In this document: positions 10,701-19,579 of the stretch, piece after piece
How positions within the stretch are numbered: the first letter of the stretch is position 1
Layout of the letters: each line of letters starts with the position of its first letter
IMG/VR virus record: IMGVR_UViG_2912865023_000006
Coordinates: 3,291-67,290 of that record
Origin: a virus
Strand: one strand, 5' to 3'
DNA length: 64,000 bases
Position numbers and translations under genes: made by a program
Notes under the pieces: generated by a model
Database searches by the model: none
What the model saw: only the letters and a program-made list of their open reading frames with translations
What the model was told of the DNA's origin: nothing

Positions 10701-13263
10701 AAGACTCCGATGCTTTCTGGCCGATTGAATAAAAGAACGATCCGATTGCGCTAATGGCCGCATTAAATCCGCTTTGTATTGCGGTTCCAATGTTAACCGC
10801 ACCGGCTGCAAAGCCGTTCCACATGGCCGGACCTTTTTCGAGCAAGTACGCTGACATACGATCTACAGCCGCAATGATTCCGTCAAATGCCACCTTCGCG
10901 CCGTTGTATGCGACTAAGGCACCGGATTTGATTGCGTTGAACACTACGCCGAGAAGTTTCTGTAACTGCTCCGAGTGTTTGTATACGAGAACAAAAACGG
11001 TAACTAATGCGACTATGCCCGCTATTGTTAACGAAATTGGACTCGTTAAGGCCGCTAATATCGACGTAAATATCCCCATCATGCCGCCTGCCGCCGCAAT
11101 CTGAACAGACAAAAGGCCCCACGCGATTTGTAACGAACCCAAACCGACGAGTGCGCCTCCGATTCCTGCTAACAAAACGCCTAGGACGGTGACGACGCCT
11201 AGAATAGCCGCTGTTACCGCTAGCGTGATGGCCACGAACTTCTGCATACCTGGCGATAAATTATTAAACGCGTCTACAACTTTTTGCAAAACGGCAACTA
11301 GCGCGGATACGGCCGGGGTTAACGCTTTACCGACATTTATTTGTGCCGTCTCGAATGCGCCTGAAAGCTCTTCGATTCGCCCTTTCAAGTTGTTCATACG
11401 CTCGGCCGCAACGTCCGCCGCTTTGATCTTATCCATCGCATTAGCCATCTCGGTAAAACCTTTAGCCCCGGACTTGCCGAGAATTAATGCTCCGCGGATA
11501 GCATCGGAGCCGAAGATTTTGTACAGTGCTTCCTGTTTATCTTTGGCGGACATACCATCCAAGGCCTTAGAGAGTTCTCCGGATATCTCGGTCATACTTT
11601 TAATGTTTCCTTGAGCATCGAAAAACTTATTGTCCATCACCCCAAGTGCAATCGATGCCTTAGAAAATGCTTTTTCAAATGAGGCCGTACCCTTCTTTAA
11701 GCCGGTTGTCTTGGTAACGTAAGCATCCATCGCTTTGTAAATATCTCCGAGATCTTGGCTAGCCGGTTTAAATCCCTGTTTAGCCAACTGCTCAAACGCT
11801 TTTTTCGTATCTAATGAAACAAGGCCGAGAGACTCCATTGTTGTATAAGCACCGTCTGTCATTGGCACTAAACGACTTAACATTGTTTTTAGTGATGTAC
11901 CAGCATCAGAACCCTTTAGTCCATTCTGCGCAAATACTGCGAGTGCGGTAGACGTGTCTTTGAAAGATAAACCCATGCCCGCGGCTACCGCTGAAGTCAT
12001 GGACAGTCCGTACTTCATTTCTCCGACAGAAGTAGCCGAAGCATTAGCCGCTCCTGCTAGAATGTCGGCAGCCTTGGCAACACTTAAATTATCGTCTTTG
12101 AACGCATTGAGCGCGGTAGAGGCGATTTCTGCAGCATCTGCCAGTTCAAGATCACCGGCTGTCGCTAATGAAAGTGCGCCGGAAAGGCCTCCGCCCATGA
12201 TGTCTTTGGTAGATACGCCTGCTTTAACGAGCTCTTCCATACCTTGCGCAGCCTCTAGCGCGCTGTATTTCGTATCCGCACCGAGTTTAACCGCCAAGTT
12301 CGTTAAAGCGTCGCTATATTTATTCGCCTCTGCCGGGTCCATTACCGATTTAACGTTCGACATTTGCTGCTCGAAGTCCATCGATTTCTTTGTCGCGAGT
12401 CCGAGGGCTCCGCTGATTGCTAACGTTGCAACGCCGAATGATGTCGCGATTTCGGAGCCAATCGACTGTAATTTTCCGCCAATTGTTCGAAGGTTTTCGC
12501 CGCTCTCTTGCGCTTGCGTTCCCATACGGTGCCACGCATTCGCTTGCTGTTCAATCTGCGTGTTAGTCGCTCTTAATTGCGCTTGCGTCTCACGGAGCTG
12601 TGCGGTAGCTTCGTTCATTCTTGCGCTAAGCTCTTGCGTCTCCTGAGCGTCTTCTCCTTTTGCGCGCTTGGCTTCGAGATATAGTCGGCGAAGATCTTTT
12701 AAGCGTTGTTGCTGAAGATCGATTGATTTAGTTAGGTGGTCGGCTTTCTGCCTCAGTTGATCCGAGGTCGATCCGAAGTTATCAATGCCGGCCGTTGTCG
12801 CTTTAAACGCCGCGTCAAGCGCACGCATTTTCGTCGTGATCGTATTGACGCTCGCATTTAGTTTTGCTCCTAGCTGTGCGAATCCCGTACTCTGCTCTCT
12901 AATCCGCTTATTAACGAGGTCGAGTTGATCCTCGGTTTTCCTCATGGCCGCTAATGCTTTGTTGTACTGCGTCAGTAACCGGACAGAGGCGTCATTGTCT
13001 TTTCCCTTTACTCGTACACTCTCTTCATACCGACGTTTAAGCTCGGACAGCTTCGATGTGTGTACCTGCATCGTACGATTAAGCACGTTCGCTTTCTGAT
13101 TAAGAGCGTCAAGACTGTTATCGAATCTACCGGCGCCAGCCATCGTTGCCTTGAATTCACTATTAACAGCCTCAAGTTTCTTGTTGATACCATCGAGGCC
13201 GCGAGTTAACTCAGCGCTATCTAGTCCGATACTGACCCGCAAAGAGCCGAGTGATTCCGCCAT
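7771..13263 (-). CDS. Tape measure protein with C-terminal lytic transglycosylase (SLT) domain
   Basis: 1830 aa helical repeats, TP901-type core, C-terminal MKESGG...SMGLMQTI...NAVAAIRY SLT motif. Confidence 0.95.
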   Translation of the reverse strand: MAESLGSLRVSIGLDSAELTRGLDGINKKLEAVNSEFKATMAGAGRFDNSLDALNQKANVLNRTMQVHTSKLSELKRRYEESVRVKGKDNDASVRLLTQYNKALAAMRKTEDQLDLVNKRIREQSTGFAQLGAKLNASVNTITTKMRALDAAFKATTAGIDNFGSTSDQLRQKADHLTKSIDLQQQRLKDLRRLYLEAKRAKGEDAQETQELSARMNEATAQLRETQAQLRATNTQIEQQANAWHRMGTQAQESGENLRTIGGKLQSIGSEIATSFGVATLAISGALGLATKKSMDFEQQMSNVKSVMDPAEANKYSDALTNLAVKLGADTKYSALEAAQGMEELVKAGVSTKDIMGGGLSGALSLATAGDLELADAAEIASTALNAFKDDNLSVAKAADILAGAANASATSVGEMKYGLSMTSAVAAGMGLSFKDTSTALAVFAQNGLKGSDAGTSLKTMLSRLVPMTDGAYTTMESLGLVSLDTKKAFEQLAKQGFKPASQDLGDIYKAMDAYVTKTTGLKKGTASFEKAFSKASIALGVMDNKFFDAQGNIKSMTEISGELSKALDGMSAKDKQEALYKIFGSDAIRGALILGKSGAKGFTEMANAMDKIKAADVAAERMNNLKGRIEELSGAFETAQINVGKALTPAVSALVAVLQKVVDAFNNLSPGMQKFVAITLAVTAAILGVVTVLGVLLAGIGGALVGLGSLQIAWGLLSVQIAAAGGMMGIFTSILAALTSPISLTIAGIVALVTVFVLVYKHSEQLQKLLGVVFNAIKSGALVAYNGAKVAFDGIIAAVDRMSAYLLEKGPAMWNGFAAGAVNIGTAIQSGFNAAISAIGSFFYSIGQKASESFAQGVGAKVSEAAGIFFAQLKTAFSSVSGVISIVAPTITAFGLALMGVSGPIGFAITALVSLTGFLFRLYQSNEQFRNSVTTVWTQVSSVISSAMTALQPVFDAFSQYFGEIAAELAPQFAETMNVMATSLATLKPAFADLGTAMAELGPAFAQLGTTFVSLAGSLGAAFSDAVVQITPLLGELAGAFAQVLPGIISLVGGLVSVWAQVQGTLLQVVTEIVTAVIPILVQGFTSLLPPILSIVQSVFPPILSIIKALVPVIQVIASVLLPLLSSAVQTIFPVILSIIQAVMPVVLTIIKLFASVINDLAVNILPLILSVVQAVFPIVLAVIQASVPVIVAILQTVSFIIQNVLIPAIQFILKVVQIVFPVIVGVIKGALGIVTNIINLFSSLLKGDWEGVWNAVLGILKSVWTIIGSVIKGAVNLVLLAVTTAWNLIKSVTSSVFNAIWGFLKSIWNSIWGTVKNLAGKVVDGAVNAWDSLWGNTKKFFKRIKDFAVETFDKMVTNAKELPGKIGDGIKNMAGKAVDGVKALGNKMIGGIEGIVNGLTQEGINKVLGLIGVDEKYFIPKLEIPRYAKGTASGGHPGGPAILGDGGGPELFRTPSGFTGLSPGRDTLFNLPKGTQVLPHGMTKKLIAQGIPAFKNGTKKKNLFERGVDAVSGAKDTVVNVAKGAVNKVKDFAFDVWDYVSDPKKLVSKVVNSLGLKLPEISGAFGSLAKGSYEKIKSSMVGFVKKQIDDFGGGFGSGEKATGNVKQWIRKAMAVTKVPSSWFNPLTTIAMKESGGRTGPSTINKWDSNWKRGTPSMGLMQTIRPTFDAYKMKGMGDIMNPVHNAVAAIRYIISRYKTVFNVPGIKSMRAGGPYKGYKIGDIVTQKQLAWVAEEGPEAVIPLKNNRQRALQLYKETGKKLGVESGTDQTVVANLLERLVSVEQRSLATLNIIAQKDPSVRVDKDALTNYVDSSQAQQATMKRLFRGDR

Positions 13264-13277
13264 GCTTTACCTCCTTT

Positions 13278-13843
13278 CTAAAAACCGAGTACCTGATCGA
13301 TATAGACTTCCTTCTTCCCACCGCTTGAATCGCTGCTCTTGTCTTTTCCGCCTCCGGAAAATTGCATAAGCTCGAAGAACCAACCTATGTCCATTTCGTC
13401 GAGATAATAGATATCTTGTGGGCGCTCCATGCTATCGAGATAAAGCTTTTTAAGGTCGTATTCAAGCTTTTCGAGGAAGTCTAACGGGAAAAGGTACCCT
13501 GGCTTTAGTTTTTTGCCGGAGTCTCCGCAGTGGCTTCGCCTTCATCTTTTGTAGCAGCAGTCTGCTCAACGCCCGCATTTACCGTCCCGACAACGCCTTG
13601 GACAGTGTCCGAGATTGTTGGGATCATTTTTTCAGAAGCAATTCCGTCGTAGAATTCATCAAGTGAGAATTGGTTGTCATAAACACGAACAACATAATCA
13701 ACGAGGTTATCGAGATCGCCGACGTCTAGTTCGTCAAAATTGCTTGTTTTCGATAGCTTGATAGCTTCGCGAAGCATTCTTCCTTTAATAAATGGCGCGT
13801 GAAATACCTTTTCTTCACCGTTGATAAGTAATGTAATTTGCAT
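13278..13843 (-). CDS. Tail assembly chaperone long form (gpGT-like) via -1 frameshift at A AAA AAC (13514-13508)
   Basis: The -1 frame is open from the slippery heptamer to TAG at 13278 (LKPGYLFPLDFLEKLEY...YIDQVLGF). Confidence 0.8.
13505..13843 (-). CDS. Tail assembly chaperone (gpG-like)
   Basis: 112 aa between MTP and tape measure, ending GCA AAA AAC TAA. Confidence 0.9.
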   Translation of the reverse strand: MQITLLINGEEKVFHAPFIKGRMLREAIKLSKTSNFDELDVGDLDNLVDYVVRVYDNQFSLDEFYDGIASEKMIPTISDTVQGVVGTVNAGVEQTAATKDEGEATAETPAKN

Positions 13844-13883
13844 GCAAACACTCTCCTAATTTTTGTTTTTTTGAGCGAACAAA

Positions 13884-13915
13884 TAAAAAGAGAGCCGGCC
13901 GCCACCGAACTCTCT
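13884..13915 (-). terminator. Terminator-like hairpin after the major tail gene
   Basis: AGAGAG-TTCGG-tggcgg-CCGG-CTCTCT followed by TTTTAT on the minus strand. Confidence 0.55.
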
Positions 13916-13926
13916 GATATGAATCT

Positions 13927-14529
13927 TTACTCGCCTGAAGGCGGTGTTTCGCCGCCGGTAGACGATGAAGGCTCGTAAACTTTCGTGAACCATTCGTTAA
14001 TAACCGTTTGATTAACGCCTTCACCTTTCGTGTAAACTGAACGGCCCCAAACACCGTCAAACTCACGACGCATGAATGTGCCGGAAATTGAATCCGTTTG
14101 GAATTCCGGACTATCCGTTTTAGTAGCGAACTCTTCTTCCTGCAGCTGGAATTTACCTTTATATAGCGCGTAGAGCTTATCGCCGCCACCCGATACTTGC
14201 GATTTAAAGAGTAACGCACCGTATGGCGCCAAATCAGTGTCTTTCTTCTCGAGCACGCCATCAGCATTAACCGTATGTCCGAGTAATAACGCCTGAATGT
14301 CGTGGGACAACTGGTCAACGCCGATTTCTACCTCGACGCCACCGAAAGCCGTTTCGATCTCAGACGGTCCATCATCCGCGTTCAAAGTTTCGCTGTTTGT
14401 GTTCGGTGAAATAGACGCCTCAATCGCCTTACCGATCTTAACCGGTTTATCGTAAGTGGCGCCCGCTTCATCGTCCTTAATCAATTTCGCAAAGTAAATA
14501 TCACGTAATCCCATGCGTGTTCCTGCCAA
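13927..14529 (-). CDS. Major tail protein (phi13 family)
   Basis: GLRDIYFAKL...YALYKGKF...TKTDSPEFQTDSISGTF pattern. Confidence 0.92.
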   Translation of the reverse strand: MAGTRMGLRDIYFAKLIKDDEAGATYDKPVKIGKAIEASISPNTNSETLNADDGPSEIETAFGGVEVEIGVDQLSHDIQALLLGHTVNADGVLEKKDTDLAPYGALLFKSQVSGGGDKLYALYKGKFQLQEEEFATKTDSPEFQTDSISGTFMRREFDGVWGRSVYTKGEGVNQTVINEWFTKVYEPSSSTGGETPPSGE

Positions 14530-14531
14530 AT

Positions 14532-14876
14532 TTACTCCTCCTCTGTATTTTGCGCATAATAAAAACGGAGCACCTTGTGGTAGATCTCCGTTTCGTTTTC
14601 GTATAGGTCGTACTGCCCTAAGCGACCAAAGCCCGCGTCAACGAGCTGTTTCTTAACGCCGGTTTCTAGCCGTGCGTATTCGCTAGGGTCCTTCGTATAA
14701 ATATCAACTTGAACGTAAAATCCCGTCGCTTCCTCGGCATCTTCCGCATTGAGTGCGCTCTTTTCGTCGTAGAAGAAAAACCGGAGATACGTTTCGTCCT
14801 CTCCGCGATATTTAAGAAAAACAACGGGTACGCCCAACGGTTTAAGCGCCGAATTAACGATTGCCCGCGCACTCAT
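14532..14876 (-). CDS. Tail terminator / completion protein
   Basis: 114 aa, VQVDIY motif, immediately upstream of MTP. Confidence 0.8.
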   Translation of the reverse strand: MSARAIVNSALKPLGVPVVFLKYRGEDETYLRFFFYDEKSALNAEDAEEATGFYVQVDIYTKDPSEYARLETGVKKQLVDAGFGRLGQYDLYENETEIYHKVLRFYYAQNTEEE

Positions 14877-15301
14877 CGAAATAACTCCCTTTCTAAATAG
14901 CGTCTGATCTCGCGCTGTGCTTCGTTCTTTTTCGCGTTGAAAGACGGTTCAATAAAAGGCATCGCTTGGTGTCCCGGGTGATCGACTTCTCTGCCGTAGA
15001 ATGTAGATCCATCGCTCATAACCTTTTTGTTCTTCGCTTTTTCTAAGTGCGGACTGGTACCGAACTCAGCGAATCGCGATATAAAATCAAGGTCGCTCGG
15101 TCCGATTTCGATAATGTCGTTCTTAACGTCGCTGACCAGGATCTTACTTTGTGCGCTAGGCTTCCGCGCTTCCATCTCTTCAAATACCGGCTTAGCGCCG
15201 GCCTCAAGCGCGCCTTTCTTAACGGACTGAGATTCCCGTCCCATCCGGTTTAGCCTCGCCATCAGCTCGCGCATGCCTTTAACGTTTGATCTTGAGCTCA
15301 C
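14873..15301 (-). CDS. HK97 gp10-family protein
   Basis: RFAEFGTS...AMPFIEPSF motifs. Confidence 0.88.
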   Translation of the reverse strand: MSSRSNVKGMRELMARLNRMGRESQSVKKGALEAGAKPVFEEMEARKPSAQSKILVSDVKNDIIEIGPSDLDFISRFAEFGTSPHLEKAKNKKVMSDGSTFYGREVDHPGHQAMPFIEPSFNAKKNEAQREIRRYLERELFR

Positions 15302-15648
15302 TTAACGTCGACCTCCTTCGCAATAATCGTGAAGGTAACGTTTGCTTCGTTATCGTTGATAATGCTTTCGATCTCGAACTCTCGTCCGTCATATTTAACG
15401 CGCATCTTGTTATTAAGCAGCGTCTTCATTCGCTTTGAATAACGAATGATAAAACGGGTCGTTCTCTCGGCCTGAATTGTGGCTGCCGCAATAAATTCTC
15501 GGCCCTGTAACGTCTTTACTGCCGACCAAACCGTGGCAACCGGCGTCCAGCCATCGATCTCAAACCCTTCGTCATTCGTTGTGTTTGCGTACTGCAAAAA
15601 CGTGATCCGCTTATTAAAACTTCCGATGTTTACCGCCATAGCGCTCAC
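15298..15648 (-). CDS. Head closure protein (SPP1 gp16-like)
   Basis: KRITFLQ...WTPVATVWSAV...RFIIRY...MRVKYDGREFEIESI. Confidence 0.88.
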   Translation of the reverse strand: MSAMAVNIGSFNKRITFLQYANTTNDEGFEIDGWTPVATVWSAVKTLQGREFIAAATIQAERTTRFIIRYSKRMKTLLNNKMRVKYDGREFEIESIINDNEANVTFTIIAKEVDVK

Positions 15649-15884
15649 CTCAATTGAAGGATCATACCGGCGATTTTTGTTCCGCTGTTAGCTGTCGTCC
15701 TGTTTTCGTAGGCGTCCGCAACAAAGATCAGCGCCGCCATCTTGTACAGGTCCGACATGGTGTCCGTTACGCCTGCGTTTTCCATATGCTTTTCTGCTGC
15801 GGAAATAAAAAAGGAGACGAGTTTATCCTCCTCATCTCCGTCAATCCGCAAGTATTCTTTTGCTTCCTCAAGCGTAAGAGCCAT
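15645..15884 (-). CDS. Head-tail connector (gp6/gp15-like)
   Basis: LTLEEAKEYLRIDGDEEDKLV...AYENR. Confidence 0.9.
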   Translation of the reverse strand: MALTLEEAKEYLRIDGDEEDKLVSFFISAAEKHMENAGVTDTMSDLYKMAALIFVADAYENRTTANSGTKIAGMILQLR

Positions 15885-15886
15885 CG

Positions 15887-16417
15887 TTATTCACCTGCCG
15901 GTGGTGTCGGTTCGTTAACGGTAAGTGCAACCGTCGTCTCAACCGAAGGTTTTACCTTAGACGCGACTGTGATCGTCGTTGTGCCGGCCGCTTTAGCCGT
16001 TACTAAGCCGGATCTTGATACGGTTGCTGTTGCGGTGCTACTAGACGTATAGGTCACGTTTTGGTCTGCGCCTGCTGGCGAAACTGTTGCGTTAATCTGG
16101 TACGTATCGCCGATCGTTAATGTCTTAGATGATTCCGTTACGTTAACGCTTGTAGGTTCGGTCGCTAACGTTGTAACTGAAAGCTCGGCGCTAAGTGGTG
16201 ACGGATCACCGACGTTAGGAATTGCGCGAACCTGGTATTTATACGTAGTTAATTGCGTCAAGCCGCTGTCTGCAAACGACGTTCCTACGCGTGTTCCGAT
16301 AGATACTCCGTCTCTATATACTTCGTATTCTTTAATGCCCCCGTTAATGGCTACGGCGTCCCAGCTAAGTGACACCGATGTGTCTTTAGGAGTCGCCGTT
16401 AACCCTTGGGGCGCATT
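15887..16417 (-). CDS. FN3 + Ig-like (Big_2) module, probably a C-terminal capsid extension made by +1 frameshift
   Basis: Frame is open upstream of the track GTG (16375) to give NAPQGLTATPKDTSVSLSWDAV, the start of an FN3 domain; no RBS before the GTG. Confidence 0.8.
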   Translation of the reverse strand, partial: NAPQGLTATPKDTSVSLSWDAVAINGGIKEYEVYRDGVSIGTRVGTSFADSGLTQLTTYKYQVRAIPNVGDPSPLSAELSVTTLATEPTSVNVTESSKTLTIGDTYQINATVSPAGADQNVTYTSSSTATATVSRSGLVTAKAAGTTTITVASKVKPSVETTVALTVNEPTPPAGE

Positions 16418-17570
16418 AGGGCGCAGTTACAACGGACGCGATACGGAAAGCAGATTTAAGTTTGATTTTGTGATCGAACCAAGCAGTCAGTACGAATAAG
16501 TTTTCGCCTGTGCTGATGTCTTTGTCGCTTTCGTAAGTGATCGCAGGATCGTAGTTAAAGTGAGAGTAACGGAAGTCACCGACGATTGGTTTAACCGCAG
16601 CATCAGAGAATACAACCGGTTTACCGATGATTTGCTCTGGCTGAGCGTTGTAAAGAGTTGCGCTGCCGTTCGCAAGAGTTTCGATCATTTCAAGGTAATC
16701 AGAATAGCGCATCATAACTTTTGCGTTATCACGGAAGTCTTCTGCAAGATCGGCGAGTGCCGCTTTGATTGCTTTATATGTGCTGTCTCCCTGAACTTCT
16801 TTGATTCCTGCACCGTAGAATGACATTTCTTCTTCGCCAGTTTTCGGAGTCACAGCGAAAGAAACTTTCTTTTCTTTTGCAGCCAAACCGGACTGAAGCG
16901 CTCTCTCAACAGTAGAAACCAAATCTGTATCAGTCGCAGCCAAAATAGTTTCAGAGATTTTAGCTTTAACTTTGAATTTACGACGGCCGAAAGTAACGAC
17001 TGAACCTTCAACTTCTAGTTCCTTAGCAGTCTGTGTATCTTGAATGAAATCGTCATCATCTAAAGAAAAGTCCACTTTTGGGATCTCAAGATTTGTAACG
17101 TTAGTGTAAGTTGATACATTGCGTAATGGGTTTGTTACAAAAGGCTCATGTAAAAGCTCTTGTGAAACTGTTTTAGGAAGGAGTTTTTCGCCGCCAGTTC
17201 CATTGTTGTCTCCTAAAACCGCTCTAACTTCTTGTGCAGGAACTTCTTTACGTACAGCTGCGCGAATGAATCCGGCTTTGGCTGAGATTTTTTGTACTTC
17301 AGGATCGTTACTGGATAGCCCCGCAGATACACCAGCTTTTGCTTTTTCTAAGCTCGCTTGGATTTTGGCTTTTTGCTCGCGCTCTAAAGAATCATGTTGG
17401 TTTTGAAGGATATCCATACGCTCTTTAAGGTCATCTTTCTTCTGTTTAAGGGCTCTTACATCTTCGATAGAAGCGTTCGGATCAGCAGCTTTGTTCATGA
17501 TTTCTTTTTCTACTGACGCCAATTGTGTACCTACAGTGTTTAAGTTAGCCTTCAGATCAAATAGTTCCAT
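16416..17570 (-). CDS. Major capsid protein (HK97 family, N-terminal delta domain)
   Basis: Coiled-coil N-terminus, GEKLLPKTVS, PEQIIGKPVVF, VGDFRY; ends CCC TAA. Confidence 0.95.
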   Translation of the reverse strand: MELFDLKANLNTVGTQLASVEKEIMNKAADPNASIEDVRALKQKKDDLKERMDILQNQHDSLEREQKAKIQASLEKAKAGVSAGLSSNDPEVQKISAKAGFIRAAVRKEVPAQEVRAVLGDNNGTGGEKLLPKTVSQELLHEPFVTNPLRNVSTYTNVTNLEIPKVDFSLDDDDFIQDTQTAKELEVEGSVVTFGRRKFKVKAKISETILAATDTDLVSTVERALQSGLAAKEKKVSFAVTPKTGEEEMSFYGAGIKEVQGDSTYKAIKAALADLAEDFRDNAKVMMRYSDYLEMIETLANGSATLYNAQPEQIIGKPVVFSDAAVKPIVGDFRYSHFNYDPAITYESDKDISTGENLFVLTAWFDHKIKLKSAFRIASVVTAP

Positions 17571-18340
17571 TAAATAATTCCCCCATTTTTGAGTTTTAGT
17601 AAGTTTGTTTGTGCTTCCGCGATCAATTGCTCGCGTTCCAAGTGCTCTCTTTCCGCCTGCTTTTCGTCTTCTTGCGTTTGATTAAGTAAAGCGTCCGGAG
17701 TATTCCGGTAACTCGCGAATAACTTCGTATCTACTTTCGCAGCCACTTGCTTAGGCGCTTCGATGCTGTCGCAAAGCCCTAATTCGAGGCATTCTTGCGC
17801 TGTAAGCCACGTTTCAGCGTCCAAAAGCGCGATTAAACGGTCACGATCAAGCTTTTCGCCTGCTTTTCCGAGATAAGCCTCGATAAGACTTTCGCGAATA
17901 CGGTCCATGTCATCGGCTTGCTTGCGGAGTTCGTCCGCATTGCCCTGCGCTAATGTCCACGGATTGTGAATCATCATCATCGCGTTTGCGGGCATAAAAA
18001 TAGCGTCACCGGACATTGCGATGACGCTTGCGATACTGGCCGCCAGCCCGTCGACGTAAACGTTAACGTGGGCTTTGTGCCGCTTTATGATGTTGTAGAT
18101 CGAATTTCCTTCGAAAACGGACCCGCCAGGCGAGTTAATATAGATATTCAGCGTTGAAACGTCGCCAAGTTCGTCTAAATCCGCCTTAAAAGTCTGCGCT
18201 GTTACTTCGTCGCCCCAAAATTGAGCCGAACTAATTTCGCTGTAAATGTAAACTTCGCCAGCCTTAGCGTCATTCTTCGCCGCTTTGATTTCCCAGAACT
18301 TCTTTATCGTCCTCACCTCCCTTCGAGTCTTCGTTATCAT
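17570..18340 (-). CDS. ClpP-family prohead protease (true start possibly ATA at 18307)
   Basis: INSPGGSVFEG, DGLAASIASVI, MMIHNP, ETWLTAQECLELGLCD. Confidence 0.93.
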   Translation of the reverse strand: MITKTRREVRTIKKFWEIKAAKNDAKAGEVYIYSEISSAQFWGDEVTAQTFKADLDELGDVSTLNIYINSPGGSVFEGNSIYNIIKRHKAHVNVYVDGLAASIASVIAMSGDAIFMPANAMMMIHNPWTLAQGNADELRKQADDMDRIRESLIEAYLGKAGEKLDRDRLIALLDAETWLTAQECLELGLCDSIEAPKQVAAKVDTKLFASYRNTPDALLNQTQEDEKQAEREHLEREQLIAEAQTNLLKLKNGGII

Positions 18341-19568
18341 CTTCGTTAGTCTTTAACGTTGGAGGCGTTGGCGCATCGGTGCTCGTGATTTTCTGCTGCG
18401 CGACTTGATCGATCGGGAATAAGTCTTTGCTTAAATAAAGCGTATCTCCGCCCTTTTCTGGCGGTAAATCCTCCCACGCACGCACCTCATTCGGCTTAAA
18501 CCAGCCGCTCCGGATGCCTTGTTGATAGAAATTACCGCGAGTCTGCATGTCCCCACGCAATAACGCGTTCATGCTGAACTTAAAATAATAACCGGCCTTG
18601 CGTTCCTGATCGGTCAGCAGCTTCCGGTTAAATTCCTTTTCGTATTGAGTTGCGATAGGCATCAGCGTGCCTTGCACATAATCGATGTAAAGTTGCTCCA
18701 TGTTCGATACGCTGCCTTGCGTTTCGCCGAGCATGTATAACGGTATGTTAAAAGCCTGCGCAACCCTTGAACGAGTCACCTTTTCGACTTCAAATGCCTT
18801 CGTATCGATGAATTCCTTCTTTAATTCGCGTATATTAACGCCTTGCTCCTGGATTAAGATACCGCCGTTATCTCTATAGAAGCTTTTAAAGTTCTCGAGC
18901 ATCTCCGCTTTCCGCTTATCGTCCAGTTGCGTTGCAAGTTCGAGAATAAACGATATCTTGGCGCCGTCCATCTGTTCGAGACTGAACGTCCTTACATCGC
19001 GATCAAAGTCGAGTGCATTCCGCAATACCTTTAACGGCGAGATTCCTTTCAGTCCGTCAACCGACGTATACTTAACGTGAATCATATCCATGTTGTGAAC
19101 GAAGTAGTTGCCGTTATCACCGAATACCTCGTACCAGAGCTCGCGAGACGTTTCTTCAATGACCGGCTGCACTCGTGAAGGATCTAGAACGTCCAATCCG
19201 ACGACTTCGTATCGCATTCCGTACCGTTTTATCGCGTAAGCATTACCGTAAACAGCTCGATGTGTCTCTAAAAGTCCGATAAGTTCACCGGAAGTCATGT
19301 TATGGTTCGGCGCGTACGTTAATAGTTCTGATGCCTGCGACTCGATTGGCTGATAGTTCTTGTACGCTTTGATCGGTAAACTTGCCATCGTATTTGACAG
19401 CCGAGATACAGCCGAAAAGACTGTTTCGTTATCTGCCAGCGTTGTCTCTCCGTAGTTGCCGAAAATACTGGCGCGAGGAATAAACCAATGCGGTAGGTCC
19501 TTTTTAACGGCCGCCTTTGCTTCGGATGCGCCTCCGAAAAAGCTTCGTACGTTGCTCCAAAAGCCCAT
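18270..19568 (-). CDS. Portal protein (HK97 family)
   Basis: GNAYA, DMIHVK, GISPL, VAQAFNIP, NEVRAWEDLPP. Confidence 0.95.
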   Translation of the reverse strand: MGFWSNVRSFFGGASEAKAAVKKDLPHWFIPRASIFGNYGETTLADNETVFSAVSRLSNTMASLPIKAYKNYQPIESQASELLTYAPNHNMTSGELIGLLETHRAVYGNAYAIKRYGMRYEVVGLDVLDPSRVQPVIEETSRELWYEVFGDNGNYFVHNMDMIHVKYTSVDGLKGISPLKVLRNALDFDRDVRTFSLEQMDGAKISFILELATQLDDKRKAEMLENFKSFYRDNGGILIQEQGVNIRELKKEFIDTKAFEVEKVTRSRVAQAFNIPLYMLGETQGSVSNMEQLYIDYVQGTLMPIATQYEKEFNRKLLTDQERKAGYYFKFSMNALLRGDMQTRGNFYQQGIRSGWFKPNEVRAWEDLPPEKGGDTLYLSKDLFPIDQVAQQKITSTDAPTPPTLKTNEDDNEDSKGGEDDKEVLGNQSGEE

Positions 19569-19579
19569 TTTCTCACCTC

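Noticed and set aside
13916-13940. Frameshift extension of the major tail protein
   Set aside because: No slippery or CCC-stop site at its end, and a terminator-like hairpin follows.
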